64,000 nt of DNA from Eledone cirrhosa (Eukaryota): assembly GCA_964016885.1 (NCBI GenBank), contig OZ024745.1, forward strand, positions 29,636,001 through 29,700,000, read 5' to 3'. The position numbers were made by a program, and so were the translations under genes. The notes below the pieces were generated by a model. It saw nothing but the letters and a program-made list of their open reading frames with translations. It made no database searches and was not told where the DNA came from. Positions 41,022 to 53,022 of the stretch are shown here, piece by piece; position 1 is the first letter of the stretch; each line of letters opens with the position of its first letter.

Positions 41022-41383
41022 TAATTCTATTCCCAGTTTTCATAATTAAAAAAACCTGTGTTGTAGCCATTAAACTTACAAGGATCACCTATGCATTAAT
41101 TTTGAAATTTACTTTTTACAGAACATGTCTTTCAACACCAGTACAATTCACAACAATACTCCAGTGATGTGGGACCAGATGGGATAAGGAGAGGGAATGT
41201 TCTCTGGTGTTGGAGAGTGCATGTGTAGGTGGCCCCATCAACCAACCAATCACAGAACCATTCCTTTACACAACACCTATATAACAACACCTGCAACCAA
41301 TAACACCTTCAAAATTCTTACACTAACATAATCCTTTATTTCCTTTCTCCCCAAAAGAAAATGACAGTAGCTCTTAATAGAAT

Positions 41384-41542
41384 CAGGGCTGTCTTAACGC
41401 ATGGGCATGCTGGGCAGTTGCCCGAGGGCCCCACAAGGATAGGGGGCCCATTTGTATTTTTATTCCTTTGAGTGGTTGTGTAGGTAGGGGCCCCAGTGCT
41501 CTGCTTTGCCCGGGGGGGGGGGGGGCTGTTAAGACGGCCCTG
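41384..41542. mobile_element. hAT-type MITE, 159 bp
   Basis: TIRs CAGGGCTGTCTTAAC / GTTAAGACGGCCCTG (14/15 match) and a perfect 8-bp TSD AATAGAAT at 41376-41383 and 41543-41550. Confidence 0.9.
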
Positions 41543-41794
41543 AATAGAATCAATTGAAAACACAGAACACAGGTATGAAGGCTGAACACTGGGGACAGAC
41601 AAACATTAACAAACCACCAGAGTCATTAGAATCAAGATAAGGGAACATGGAAATAAAAACTAGTTGACACTGCCTCTACAAAAATTATTTTTATCTATAA
41701 CAACTATATAGGTGGCCAAGCTACTCTATTTAAGTGATGAAGAAGCTGATCATCAAATTGAACCCTGAAGACAATGTTTCTATTGATCTTTCCA

Positions 41795-43055
41795 TTGCAA
41801 CAACAACAACAACAGCACAACCACTAACAACATCACCACCACCAACAACAACACCATAAACAACAAGAACTACAATACCACCACCACCAATAACAACAGC
41901 AGCAACAACAATAACAACGCTAGCAACTACAGCAATATGACCAATACCACCAACAACAACAATACCCCCCCCCCCCCACCCACCCACACACACACACACA
42001 CCCCACCAACAACAACAACATCAATTGCCAGGAGTCATTAATCTTAGGTCTGCTCTATCAGTGTTGACTTAATGTTAAACAACAACAGCAGCAGCGGCAA
42101 CAACATGCCTGATAGAAATGTCTTTGATCATAGGTCTGCTCTATCAGGGTTGACCTGGGGTTAACCACCAACAATGATGATATGCCCAGACAACCAACAT
42201 CAAAAACAACACCTCCATTACTACCACAACCACCATCACCATCACCATCACCATCACCACTACCACCACCTTCACTATCACAACCACCATCACCACCAGC
42301 AACAACACCACCACCACCAACATCACTAACACCAACAACATTACTACCACCATCATTACCACAACCACCATTGCCACCACCAACACCACCACCAACACCA
42401 CCACCACCAACACCAACACCACCACCAAAACCACCACCAATACCACCACCAACACCACCACTAACACCATCACTACCATCACCACCACCAACACTAACGC
42501 CAACACCACCACCACCACTAACACCATCACCACCAACACCAACACCAACACCACCACTAACACCATCACCACCATCACCACCAACACCAACACCAACACC
42601 ACCACTAACACCATCACCACCATCATCACCACCACCAACACCACCACCACCACCACCACCACCAACACCAACACCACCAACACCACTAACACCAACACCA
42701 CCAACACCAACACCACCACCACCACCACCAACACCACTACCACCACTAACACCATCACCACCATCACCACCACCACCAACACCACCACCAGCACCAGCAC
42801 CACCAGCACCACCATCACCACCATCACCCCCAACACCACCACCAACACCAACACCACCACCACCACCACTAACACCATCACCATCACCATCACCACCAAC
42901 ACGAACACCACCACCAACACCAACACCAACACCACCACCACCACTAACACCATCACCAACACCACCACCAACACCACCACCACCACCAACACCAACACCA
43001 ACACCAATGCCACCAACACAATCAACAACATCATCACCAACTATAACAACAATCA
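41795..43055. repeat. (CAA/CCA)n low-complexity tract
   Basis: Directly visible; produces the spurious poly-Pro, poly-Gly and poly-Val ORFs. Confidence 0.92.
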
Positions 43056-43516
43056 CCTCTTCCACCAGTTTCCTGTTTGACCCAGTCCCAACTACAGAAT
43101 ATTTTGGTGTTTAGTCCATACATATTTCTGACACAGTGTAGGAATGGCTGTGTGGTTAAGCAAATCATGGGCTTCTGGGTTCAGTCCTCCTGTACAGCAC
43201 CTTGGACAAGTATTTCCACTATAGGCTTGTCAGTTAAAATTGGTAGATGAAGTTCAAATCCAGCTGAGACTTACTTTGTCTTTATCTCTTAGGTTCAATA
43301 AGTAAAGTACCAGTCATACATTGGAGATCTCTCCAATCTCTCTCTCCCCGCTCTATTCTCCTCCACTCTCTCTTTCTCTTCCCACTATCTCTCTCATTCC
43401 ACTCCCAATAGCTTATTTTAGTTATTGCTCGCACCAACCTGAGGCATCTGATTTTTAATGCGATGAAATACCAATGATGGTTGGCAAATCACTGATGACG
43501 GACTAATTTTATAATA

Positions 43517-43581
<65 letters not shown>

Positions 43582-43799
43582 GTTGTGGAAATATCCAAAG
43601 TAGTGGAGAGGATTTAAGGTTTTATGACCTGTCACATTATATGGCATGGATGAATGTGGACTGTGTGGCAGAAAATGATGGCTTATAGTAATTTTGTTTG
43701 TGTAGTCAAAGCAAGAATTATCAAAACCAACGTTCAGCAGCCTCCCAAACTGTATCTTTATTTTGTTTGGGAGAATGGGCAAGATGACAGGAAGAATGA

Positions 43800-44570
43800 G
43801 ATGCACATTGTAGGTTTAGCCTAGAGTGCTAACTACCCAGTTGTACATTATAGAGTTAGTTTAGGGCACTAAATACCTGAGTACACATTGTACAGCTAGC
43901 TTACAGCAATAAATACTGAAATACATATTGTAGAGCTAGCTTAGGGTACTAAATACTGGAGCACATATTACTGCTAGATGAGGGAACTAAAAACCAAACC
44001 ACATATTGTAGGGCTAGCCTAGGGTATTAAATATCCAAAGCACACATTGTAGGGCTAGCCTAGCGTATTAAATATCCAAAGCACACATTGTAGGGCTATC
44101 CTAGGGTATTAAATATCTAAAGCACTCATTGTAGGGCTAGATTAGGGCCCTATAAACCAAAGCACACATTGTAGGGCTATCCTAGGGTATTAAATATCTA
44201 AAGCACTCATTGTAGGGCTAGATTAGGGCCCTATAAACCAAAGCACACATTGTAGGGCTAGCCTAGGGTGTTAAATAACCATGTATAAATATTAGAGTTA
44301 GCCTAGTGTGCTAAATAGCCAAAGCACAGACTGTAGAGCTAGCCTAGGGTGCTAAATGCCCATGTACATAATGTAGAGCTAGTCTATGGTGTTAAATACT
44401 AAAGCACACATTGTAGAGCTAGCCTAGGGTGTTAAACCCCATGTATGCATATTAGAACTGCTAGCTTGGTGTGCTAAATACCCAGGCACACATTATAGGG
44501 CTAGCCTAATGTGTTAAATACCCAGGTACACAATGTAGACCTAGCCTAGAGTGGTAATTACCCAGACACT
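43800..44570. repeat. ~40-bp minisatellite (CACATTGTAGGGCTAGCCTAGGGTATTAAATATCCAAAGCA-like), about 19 copies
   Basis: About 40-bp periodicity, best conserved at 44.0-44.3 kb. Confidence 0.9.
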
Positions 44571-44904
44571 AGCTCTGCCTATTATACTACCACACTGTGG
44601 ACATGAAAGGAAAGAAAGAAGACAGAATATGTTCTTAAAGAGTGCACACATGTAACGGAAACTAGAGTTTACAGAAGTCAACATTCCTAGAGTCTGCATA
44701 ATAATGGGTTAGGCTTTTCTTTTTCCTGTTACTGTTGATGTGACAGAAACAACAACAACAATAAGACAGAAACAACAACAACAACAACAACAACAATAAG
44801 ACTGTATAACAACAATAACAACTATCAGTTGTGGCAGCAGCAATAATGACAATAGGAAGTGGCCAACATTTCAATACCATGTATCAGCAACAAAACTTCT
44901 AATA

Positions 44905-45120
44905 ACAATGGTTTCTGATTTAGGCACAAGGTCAGCAATTTGGGGGAAGAGGAAAGTCAATTAAATTGCCCCCAGTGTGTTACTGGTTCTTTATTTTACT
45001 GACCCTGTGAGGATGAAAGGCAAAGCTAACTTTGGCAGGATTTGAACTCAGATCGTGAAGGGGTGTAACATTATGCCATAAAGCATATTGTCCGGTGTTC
45101 TACCGATACTACCAATCTAC
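44905..45120 (-). mobile_element. tRNA-derived SINE
   Basis: Reverse complement of the 60.4-kb copy (GGATTTGAACTCAG B-box; GGCACAAGG 3' part). Confidence 0.75.
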
Positions 45121-45249
45121 TGCTACTACTAATAATAATTTTTTTATTAGCCACACAAGGGTGACATTAAGCAAACAATAGAAATGGCACAGGAAGACAC
45201 AGTGTAGGTTTTTGTGTGTAAAAAAGGTTATATAGATGGGCTGTGTCTC

Positions 45250-46252
45250 TCATGAACTTTAAAAGGCAATGGATAACATCATGTCAAAAGTAAGAGATTG
45301 TGATACACAGAAATCTGCTGATGTAGTAGCACCCAAAGAATACAATAAGAGAGTGTAAAAAGAACTTGAAAAGGAATGGAAGGATAAACTTATGCATGGA
45401 CAGTACACTAGAAATAAAGTAGGCATTGGTTGGGAAAAGAGCTGGTAATGGCAATCTGAAAGGATGCACTGGAGTTCTGGTGTGCAACACCCAGGAGCAG
45501 GCTCTTCGAACTATCTACATTAAACATCACGTTGACAAAACGATAAAATCGCCATTATGTAAAATGTGTGGAACAAAAGGGGCCATGGTCAGCCATATTG
45601 TAAGTGAATGTGTTAAGTTTACACAGCGAGAGTACAAAAGATGATATGATAATGTTGCCAGATATATCCATTGGATGATAACTAAGAAATGTGAGTTTGT
45701 CAGAACAACTAAATGGTATGAGCAGGGACTAGAAGAGGTCTTAGAGAATGGCGAAGTTAAACTTTTGTTGGACTTCACAATTCCATGTGATAAAATGGTT
45801 GAAGCAAGAAGGTCAGACAGTTTAGCTGTGAACAAGAAAAAAAAAGAGGCCCAAATTATTAATATATCTGTCACAAGAGATAATAGAGTGACAGATAAAG
45901 AGCTGGAAAAGATGGAGAAGTATAAGCCACTGAAGAAGGAAGCTGGAAAGTTGTGGGGGATGAAGAAGGTTTTAGTGATTCCAGTGGTGATCGGAACATT
46001 GGGATGTATATCGGATAGTTTGAAGGACTGTGTGAATAGAATCAGAATTGGTGCAAGGTTACAGGTCATGCAGAAGACAGCACTTCTTGGTGCAGCAAGA
46101 ATTTTAAGAATTACATCTTGTCAATGTAAGACATAGGAGAGGATGCAGTGAAGGACCTTTGTCAACTTGTTGACTGCTCTCTAACTGAAATATCTAGATC
46201 ATTTAACATCTAAGAGTCTGAGATTTACAAAAATGAACTGAAATAATAATAA
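45250..46252 (+). mobile_element. R4/Dong-like non-LTR retrotransposon 3' fragment (CCHC motif and restriction-like endonuclease), disrupted
   Basis: CKMC...SHIVSEC knuckle, an in-frame stop, then EARRSD...KELEKMEKYKPL...IPVVIGTLG...QKTALLGAARILR, and a short (AAT)n tail. Confidence 0.8.
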
Positions 46253-46344
46253 AACCCTTCTGTTGGATATGCCAAGATATAGACAGGGAGATCGAAGTCA
46301 ACTGACCAGTTATAATAGTCCAAGACTACAAAGATCGAAAATGT

Positions 46345-46730
46345 CTTCTAATTGATATTTCAATTTCCACAGATGACTATATATCTATGAACGAAATGCA
46401 GAAAGTAGCTAAAATTAAAAGATTTAAAGATAGAAATAACATAAATGTGGGCAATGAAAACAGAAACCAGAAACAATCCCTATAATAATAGGAGCTCTGA
46501 GAATGATAAAAAAACACAGACTGATATACAACCAAAGCCCAGGACTTACAAATATATACTTCATACAAAAAATAGCACTACTAGGCACAGCACATATATT
46601 ATGAATACTCTCAATACAATAGAAACAACACCACCAAAAACCATACTGCACATACCTAAGGCACACAGAGCTGTGCTCGGTAATGCAGTGATGATGTGCA
46701 ATAGAAACAAGATTAACAACAATAATAATA
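46345..46730 (+). mobile_element. Second, more degenerate R4/Dong-like 3' fragment
   Basis: Frameshifted TIPIIIGAL and IQKIALLGTAHI motifs followed by an (AAT)n tail. Confidence 0.6.
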
Positions 46731-47050
46731 ATTGTTTCTACTTTTGGCACAAGGCCAGCAATTACCCAGTGCATTACTGGTACTTTATTTTATCGACCCC
46801 GTAAGGATGAAACAACAATAATAATAATGATAATGGTTTCTGATTTAAGCACAAGGCCAGCAATTTTGGGGGAGGGGAAAGTCGATTAAATCGACCTCAG
46901 TGCATGACTGGTACTTTATTTTATCAACCAACCCCAGAAAGATGAAAAGGAAAGTTGATCTCAGTGGGATTTAAACTCAGATTATAAACAGGTAGAACAA
47001 AAACAACAATGGCATTTTGTTAGATGTTCTAATGAGTCTGCCAATTCATT
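46730..47050 (-). mobile_element. Tandem SINE fragments
   Basis: Two copies of the GGCACAAGGCCAGCAATT...CTGGTACTTTATTTTATCGACCCC segment. Confidence 0.7.
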
Positions 47051-47340
47051 AGAAATAGCAGACAAATCTCCCTCAAATCCCACACTACAGATTCAGAAAA
47101 GAAGGATATGTTGGTTAATGTAGTCTTGGATGCAGTAAGTGATGGTCATAACTGGAATGCATTTAATCATATGCCTGTTTAATGTGGGCTGACTAAGGGC
47201 TAAATAATAATAACACCAACAATAAAGAATAGAATAAAAGACTTACCAATTGTGTTGTGTAGGTAGAATGTTCAATTGGGACAGACAGCCTGTCCACCAA
47301 CAGTTGTGTCTAATGAGACAAACACTACACTGCAGACCTG

Positions 47341-47395
<55 letters not shown>

Positions 47396-47409
47396 TATAT
47401 ATATATGTG

Positions 47410-47475
<66 letters not shown>

Positions 47476-47478
47476 TAT
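47341..47478. repeat. (TA)n microsatellite
   Basis: Directly visible. Confidence 0.95.
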
Positions 47479-47794
47479 TTGGTAATGGTTGTGTTGATAA
47501 TGGGAGTGTTGACATTGAAATGTGTGTTGTGGTAGTGATGGTGTTGATGGAGGTGGGAGGAGCACCACAAATTATATATGGCTTCCTTCACAACTTTTAC
47601 CAGCTCACTTTCCCAAATTTTATCTATCTACCTATTTACCTAGCTATCAATCCATCTATCTATCTATCTATAACTGTAATTTATTAATGTTAAAGTTTAT
47701 TAATTAATTATTTATTAATGTTTTTATCCCCCCCCCCCCACCATCATGTCTTGTAATGTCCAATTTCTTGTATGCCCTTGTGGAAAATAAAGAA

Positions 47795-47838
47795 AGATAT
47801 CTATCATTCTCTAACTATTTGTCCGTCTATCAATTTAA

Positions 47839-47872
<34 letters not shown>

Positions 47873-48105
47873 GTCCATCTGTTTGTCACTCAGTCAGTCT
47901 GTCTATCTCTCTGTCTGTATTGTCCCCTTTTCTTGTGCGCCCTTGTGGCAAATAAAGAAATATATCTATCCATCTATCAAGCTGTCTATCTCTCTCTCTA
48001 TATCTATCTATCTATCTATCTGTCCATCCGTCCATCTCTCCATCCATCTATCTATATCTATCTATCTATATCTATCTCTCTGTCTATCTATCTATCTATC
48101 TCACT
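47795..48105. repeat. (TCTA)n-rich microsatellite
   Basis: Directly visible. Confidence 0.85.
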
Positions 48106-48396
48106 ATCCCACTTACCCCTATACTCCTTACCCACCACCTTCCCCTACACAATACACAATGGATACACCGGAAGGATGAAGAAGTCCTATGATAGACGCA
48201 CCCCTACAAAAAACAATGGAATGTTCTCCCTCACAAAGAACTGAGTAAGCAAGCAACAGTAAGATTTGCCCACACTGCTCCAGGCAGGACTTAATCCTGA
48301 GTCCTATAAAGTTTATCTCCCACCACCACCACCACCACCACCACTACTACAATGGCAAGTCTGACTTCCTTGTTTCATCACATAACTGAAGTTCAT

Positions 48397-48430
<34 letters not shown>

Positions 48431-50329
48431 GTACACTCACAAACAGATAGATCAACAGATAAATAGATAGAGAGAGAGATGGGCAGATAGGTGAATAAAT
48501 ATCTATCATCATAATCGTCATCATCACCATCATTTGATATCTGTTTTTCCTTGCTAGAAAGGGCTGGATGAGTTGTCAGTACTGTATTGGAGTTACAGAC
48601 CTGTTAGACTGGCTGGGGAACTGCTTCTTACATATGTTCCTGCAATCTACAGAGTGCATGACATGCATTTTATTATGGCACCAACACTAGGGAGGTAACC
48701 CTGCCTTCAACACAGCTAAGTGTTCTCTCAACGCTTTTTTGACATAGTTTCTACAGGGTGTACTGGGTGCATTCTTTTAGTCACCAACACAAGGGAGGTT
48801 GAAGTATCATGTCTAACGAGTCCTTTCAACCCTTTTTGGTATGATTTCTATGTCTGGAATCCCTTCTTAGCACCAACCATTTTACAGAGTACACTGGGTA
48901 TGTTTTATGTTGCTACCAGCACTAGGGAGGTTGTTGGTCATTGAATCAACTGAAGAACCAGCACCCCCACCCTACCCTATATGAAGGGAATAAAAAGGAT
49001 GAAGGTGCAGCTATGTATATAATGAGGGTGAGGTTAATTACTGTGGGCTGGGAGGGTGGAGACAAGTGAGTAGGTCAGGTCATATTTTATGTTGGTAGGT
49101 AAGTCTTCTTCAGTACAGCATGTCACCAATACTGACAGTCGTTTGTCATCTCTGCCATGAAGCTTAGCTTCTCAAGGTCTGTCTTCATTACTTCATCTTA
49201 TGCCTACCTCTTATACTTACCTCTTTCCCCGAGAGATTTCTCTGCACTTTTTAATGCAGCTGTCCTCTTCCATACACATCACATGTCCTTACCATGACAG
49301 TCTTCTTTCTTGCACACTACATTAGTACATTGGATTCCTCTCATGCCTAGTTAAAAAGTTTGTTTTGCAATCATAAGGTCCTGAGTTCAATCTCACTCTG
49401 TGATATCTTGAGCAAGTGTCATTTACTATAGCCTTGAGTCGACCCAGACCTCGTGAGTTATTCTGGGTAGGCAGAAACTGTTTGGTAGTCTTTCAGTAAT
49501 TCAATGGGCCAGCCTTGTCAAATTCTGTGTCACATTGAATCATACTGAGAATTATTTTAAGAGTACACAAGTCTGTGGAATGCTCAGCCACTTGCCCATT
49601 AATTTCACAAGTAGGCTGTTCCATTGATCAAATCAACTGGAACACTCAGCGTTGGAATTGACTGATATCCAGCACACATATTAGAATGGTGTTTCAAATT
49701 TACGGTTCATCAGTTATATCCTTGAAAATCTTTAACTTAACTTAGGCAGAGAAGGAAAAGGAACACCTATGATCTTTTTCAGATCTTCGATGACCAGTAG
49801 TTGTAGGGGTGGGGTGGGGTGGAAAGAAGTTGTCCTGAAACCACACACATATTCTGAAGACTTGTGACAAAATAGACTCTGAAACCAAAATGCTAAACAC
49901 CCGGTTGTTTTACATAATGTTTACCCTCTCTTCTATTAGAGAAAGAAAAATGAAAACTTAAAATCATTTTCTCTAAAAATTTGATGTAAGAATCTTAATT
50001 TCATTATTTCCAAATACCAGTTTCATTGTTAGTTATATTATTAAATCCCTCCAAATTCTTGATTATTTGCAAAATTATTTGAAAATTGTAGGTAGTGTCT
50101 TTCATTAGAAATATAGTAAAAACAAGAATGGTTTCTCTGGCAGGCTTCTAGGCAGCTTCTATTTACTAATTTTTACACACCATGCTATAAGTAGTTGGCA
50201 TTAGGAAGGGCATCTAGCTGTAGAAACAATATGCAACCTAACATCAGTTACAGGTTGTCATGGCCAGAGACCAGCCAAGTCAAAAGACCATGTCTCATCC
50301 ATATATTCCAGTTTGGCTTAGTTTCTATG

Positions 50330-50610
50330 GCTGGATGCCATTCCTGATGTCAACCATTATACAGATTATACTGGGTGCATTATACCATGGCACCAGCACT
50401 ACCACTTTACAGAGTTAACTGGGTTTCATTTTATTGTGGCACCAACACTACCACTCTACAGAGTGGACTGAGTTCATTTTATCATGGTACTAGCACTACC
50501 ACTTTACAGAACATACTGGGTACATTTTATCATGGTACCTGTACTACCACTTTACAGATTTTACTAATTACATTTTATCATGGTACCTGTACAACCATTT
50601 TACAGAGAGT
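50330..50610. repeat. ~41-bp minisatellite (CACTTTACAGAGTGGACTGGGTGCATTTTATCATGGCACCAGCACTAC-like)
   Basis: About 6 tandem units following GCTGGATGCCATTCC; same unit as 63.3-63.7 kb in the opposite orientation. Confidence 0.8.
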
Positions 50611-51339
50611 ACTTGATTACTTGATGAGTTTCCAGATGTAGCTACTTCTTCAGATGACACCTATTGAATATGGTGAAGAAAAACAACAATAAATCAGAGA
50701 TCATATTACATCAGAATACATGCTGTAGAAAGTTTGTTAGAAATACTGACTAGGATCCTATAAATCATCACAGATAAACACTTGTTGGAGTTTAGCTGGA
50801 GAGCAGAGAACAGCACTTGATAGCTTTTCTTTTTGTATAACATTACTAACAGATGGTGGCTTATAGACAAAACTAACTGGACAAGTAATACTGAGTTTAT
50901 TGTTTGATATATTGAATGGCTATCATCTAAAGAAGTGCTTTTACATGGAAACTTAGAAGTAATGACATGACCTCACTTAAATATAATATCAGTTATCAAT
51001 TGAATACCAATTAAAGTAAAAGTTAAGATATATAACACTTACTTTGCCCTGTACTTATCTATAGATTAGATTCTGTTATCTAGTCTTCCAGTATTGAAAT
51101 ATTTCAGTACAATGTCATCAGATTTATTACTGGTACACACCTAACTGGTACACACCTACAAGAAATGACACAACAACCAATTTTTAATTAAAAAAATAGC
51201 AACTCTTTCAAAATGTTTGGCCACATCAAACACTCAAGTTGTGGTCTCTCTAAAATCTGTATAGAAGGTATGATACCTGGAAAGAAAACTGAGGACATCA
51301 GAATAAGCACAAGATGGAACAAGAAATACTGGAGTAGGA

Positions 51340-52650
51340 GAGTATCAAAACTAACCTTCTGTTAAATGTAGGTTCAGGACAGCGCTATGTGATGCATATG
51401 ACAAGAGGGAGGAGGAGTTACTCACATATGACTTAGGGGACATTTGGAAGTTTCTATGAGATAATCTATTGCAGGCTACTGAAGAGACTTGTGGTGACCT
51501 GGTGGTAAAACAGCACTGAAGTTATTAAGACCAAGAGACAAACATGGAAAACTGGAAAAATGGGGGGAAAATAACATATAGCTAAAAGAGAAGCTAGATT
51601 AGAGGTATACATAGCATGCAAAGAGGCTGGAAGCAGAAGGTTTGCAAATGTCCTTGTTAGGATCAGAATTATGCGATGTCCTGCATTACAAAGCAGTGTC
51701 TCAGTACAAATAAGGATGTTGTAGGGAAAAAGTGTGTTTGAAATGATGCTGGTGCACTTAGTATTACTGCTGCTTGAAAGAAAGAGGCCTGAAAATGCTA
51801 TTATGTGAAAGGTTAATGAATGTGGAGAAAGAGTGGAAGAGAGACGACCCCCTGCTGACTCAACAGAGGAACCAACTATTGAAATTGACAGTTATAGGGT
51901 CAAAGAAGCAAACAAGAAAATGAAAAGGGGTAAAGCTACTGGTTAGTCAGAGATAGTTGAGTTACTGAAAGTCTGAAAAAGTATAAATCAAACTAGTAAC
52001 CTGCATAGTTAATCAGATAATATAGGATAAGGTCATACCCAATGACTAGTGCAACAGTCAATAATTGTTACAAGGAAGAAGGGAAGGAGATAGAAAAAAG
52101 TAACTACAGTAACATAAAACTAATGGACCAAGCCATGAAAGTGACAGTTTTGGAATAGCTAGTTAGGGACAGAGTTAAATTAGATGAGATTTAGTTTGGT
52201 TTTGTGCCTGGGAGGAGCAACACAGATGACCTCTTCTTGGTGAGACAACTACAGGAGAAGTTCCTAGTTAAATATAAGCCGCAATATCTAGCTTTCATTG
52301 ATCCACAGAAAGCCTTTGACAGAGAACCATGATCTGTTATTTAGTGGTGTAGAAGATTGGATTAAGAGAGCAGTGCAAACCTTGTAAAGAGGACCTGTCA
52401 TTAAAGTGAGAGTAGGTAATGAGTTTCGTGAAGAATTCAATGTACAGGTAGGTGTTCGCCAGGATTCAGTCTTCAGCCCACTCCTGTTTATCATAGTTCC
52501 CCAAGCCATAACAGAGGAGTTTAAGACCAGCAGTCCATGGGAACTTCTGTATGTTGATGACCTGGTTCTTATTCTATGGAAGAGCTAGAGAAGAAATTCT
52601 GGCTTTAGAAACAGAACTAAGAATCAAAAGGGCTGAAAGTAAACGTGAAC
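51340..52650 (+). mobile_element. Highly degenerate RTE-type LINE fragment (RT region)
   Basis: VQVGVRQDSVFSPLLFII...PWELLYVDDL parallels the RT of the 53-56 kb element; many stops. Confidence 0.8.
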
Positions 52651-52960
52651 ATTCAGCTTAGTGGTTAGAACATTAGGTTCACAGTTGTGAGGTTGGGAGT
52701 TTGATTCCCAGACCAGGTAGTGCATTGTGCCCTTGAAGAGGACTGTATTTCACATTACTCCAGTTCTCTCAGCTGGAGAAATGAGATGTAACACCATTGT
52801 TACCAAGCTCTAAGAAATTTTGCTTTTCCCTTGAACAACATCGGTGATGTGGAAAGAGAGGACTGCTATGCATAGGCGACTTCTGGTCTTCCACAAAAAC
52901 ACCATGCCCAGGCTTGTGCCTTGGAGGGGAACTTTCTAGGTACAAAACCCATGGTCATTT
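52650..52960 (+). mobile_element. tRNA-derived SINE-like element
   Basis: AGCTTAGTGGTTAG A-box-like and GAGTTTGATTCCC B-box-like motifs. Confidence 0.55.
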
Positions 52961-52990
52961 GTGATTTTATAAACACAGACACATACATAC

Positions 52991-53021
<31 letters not shown>

Positions 53022-53022
<1 letters not shown>

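Noticed and set aside
42058-43114. Pro-rich extensin-like or Gly-rich cuticle-like protein
   Set aside because: Pure trinucleotide low complexity, open in several frames on both strands, with no splice or signal support.
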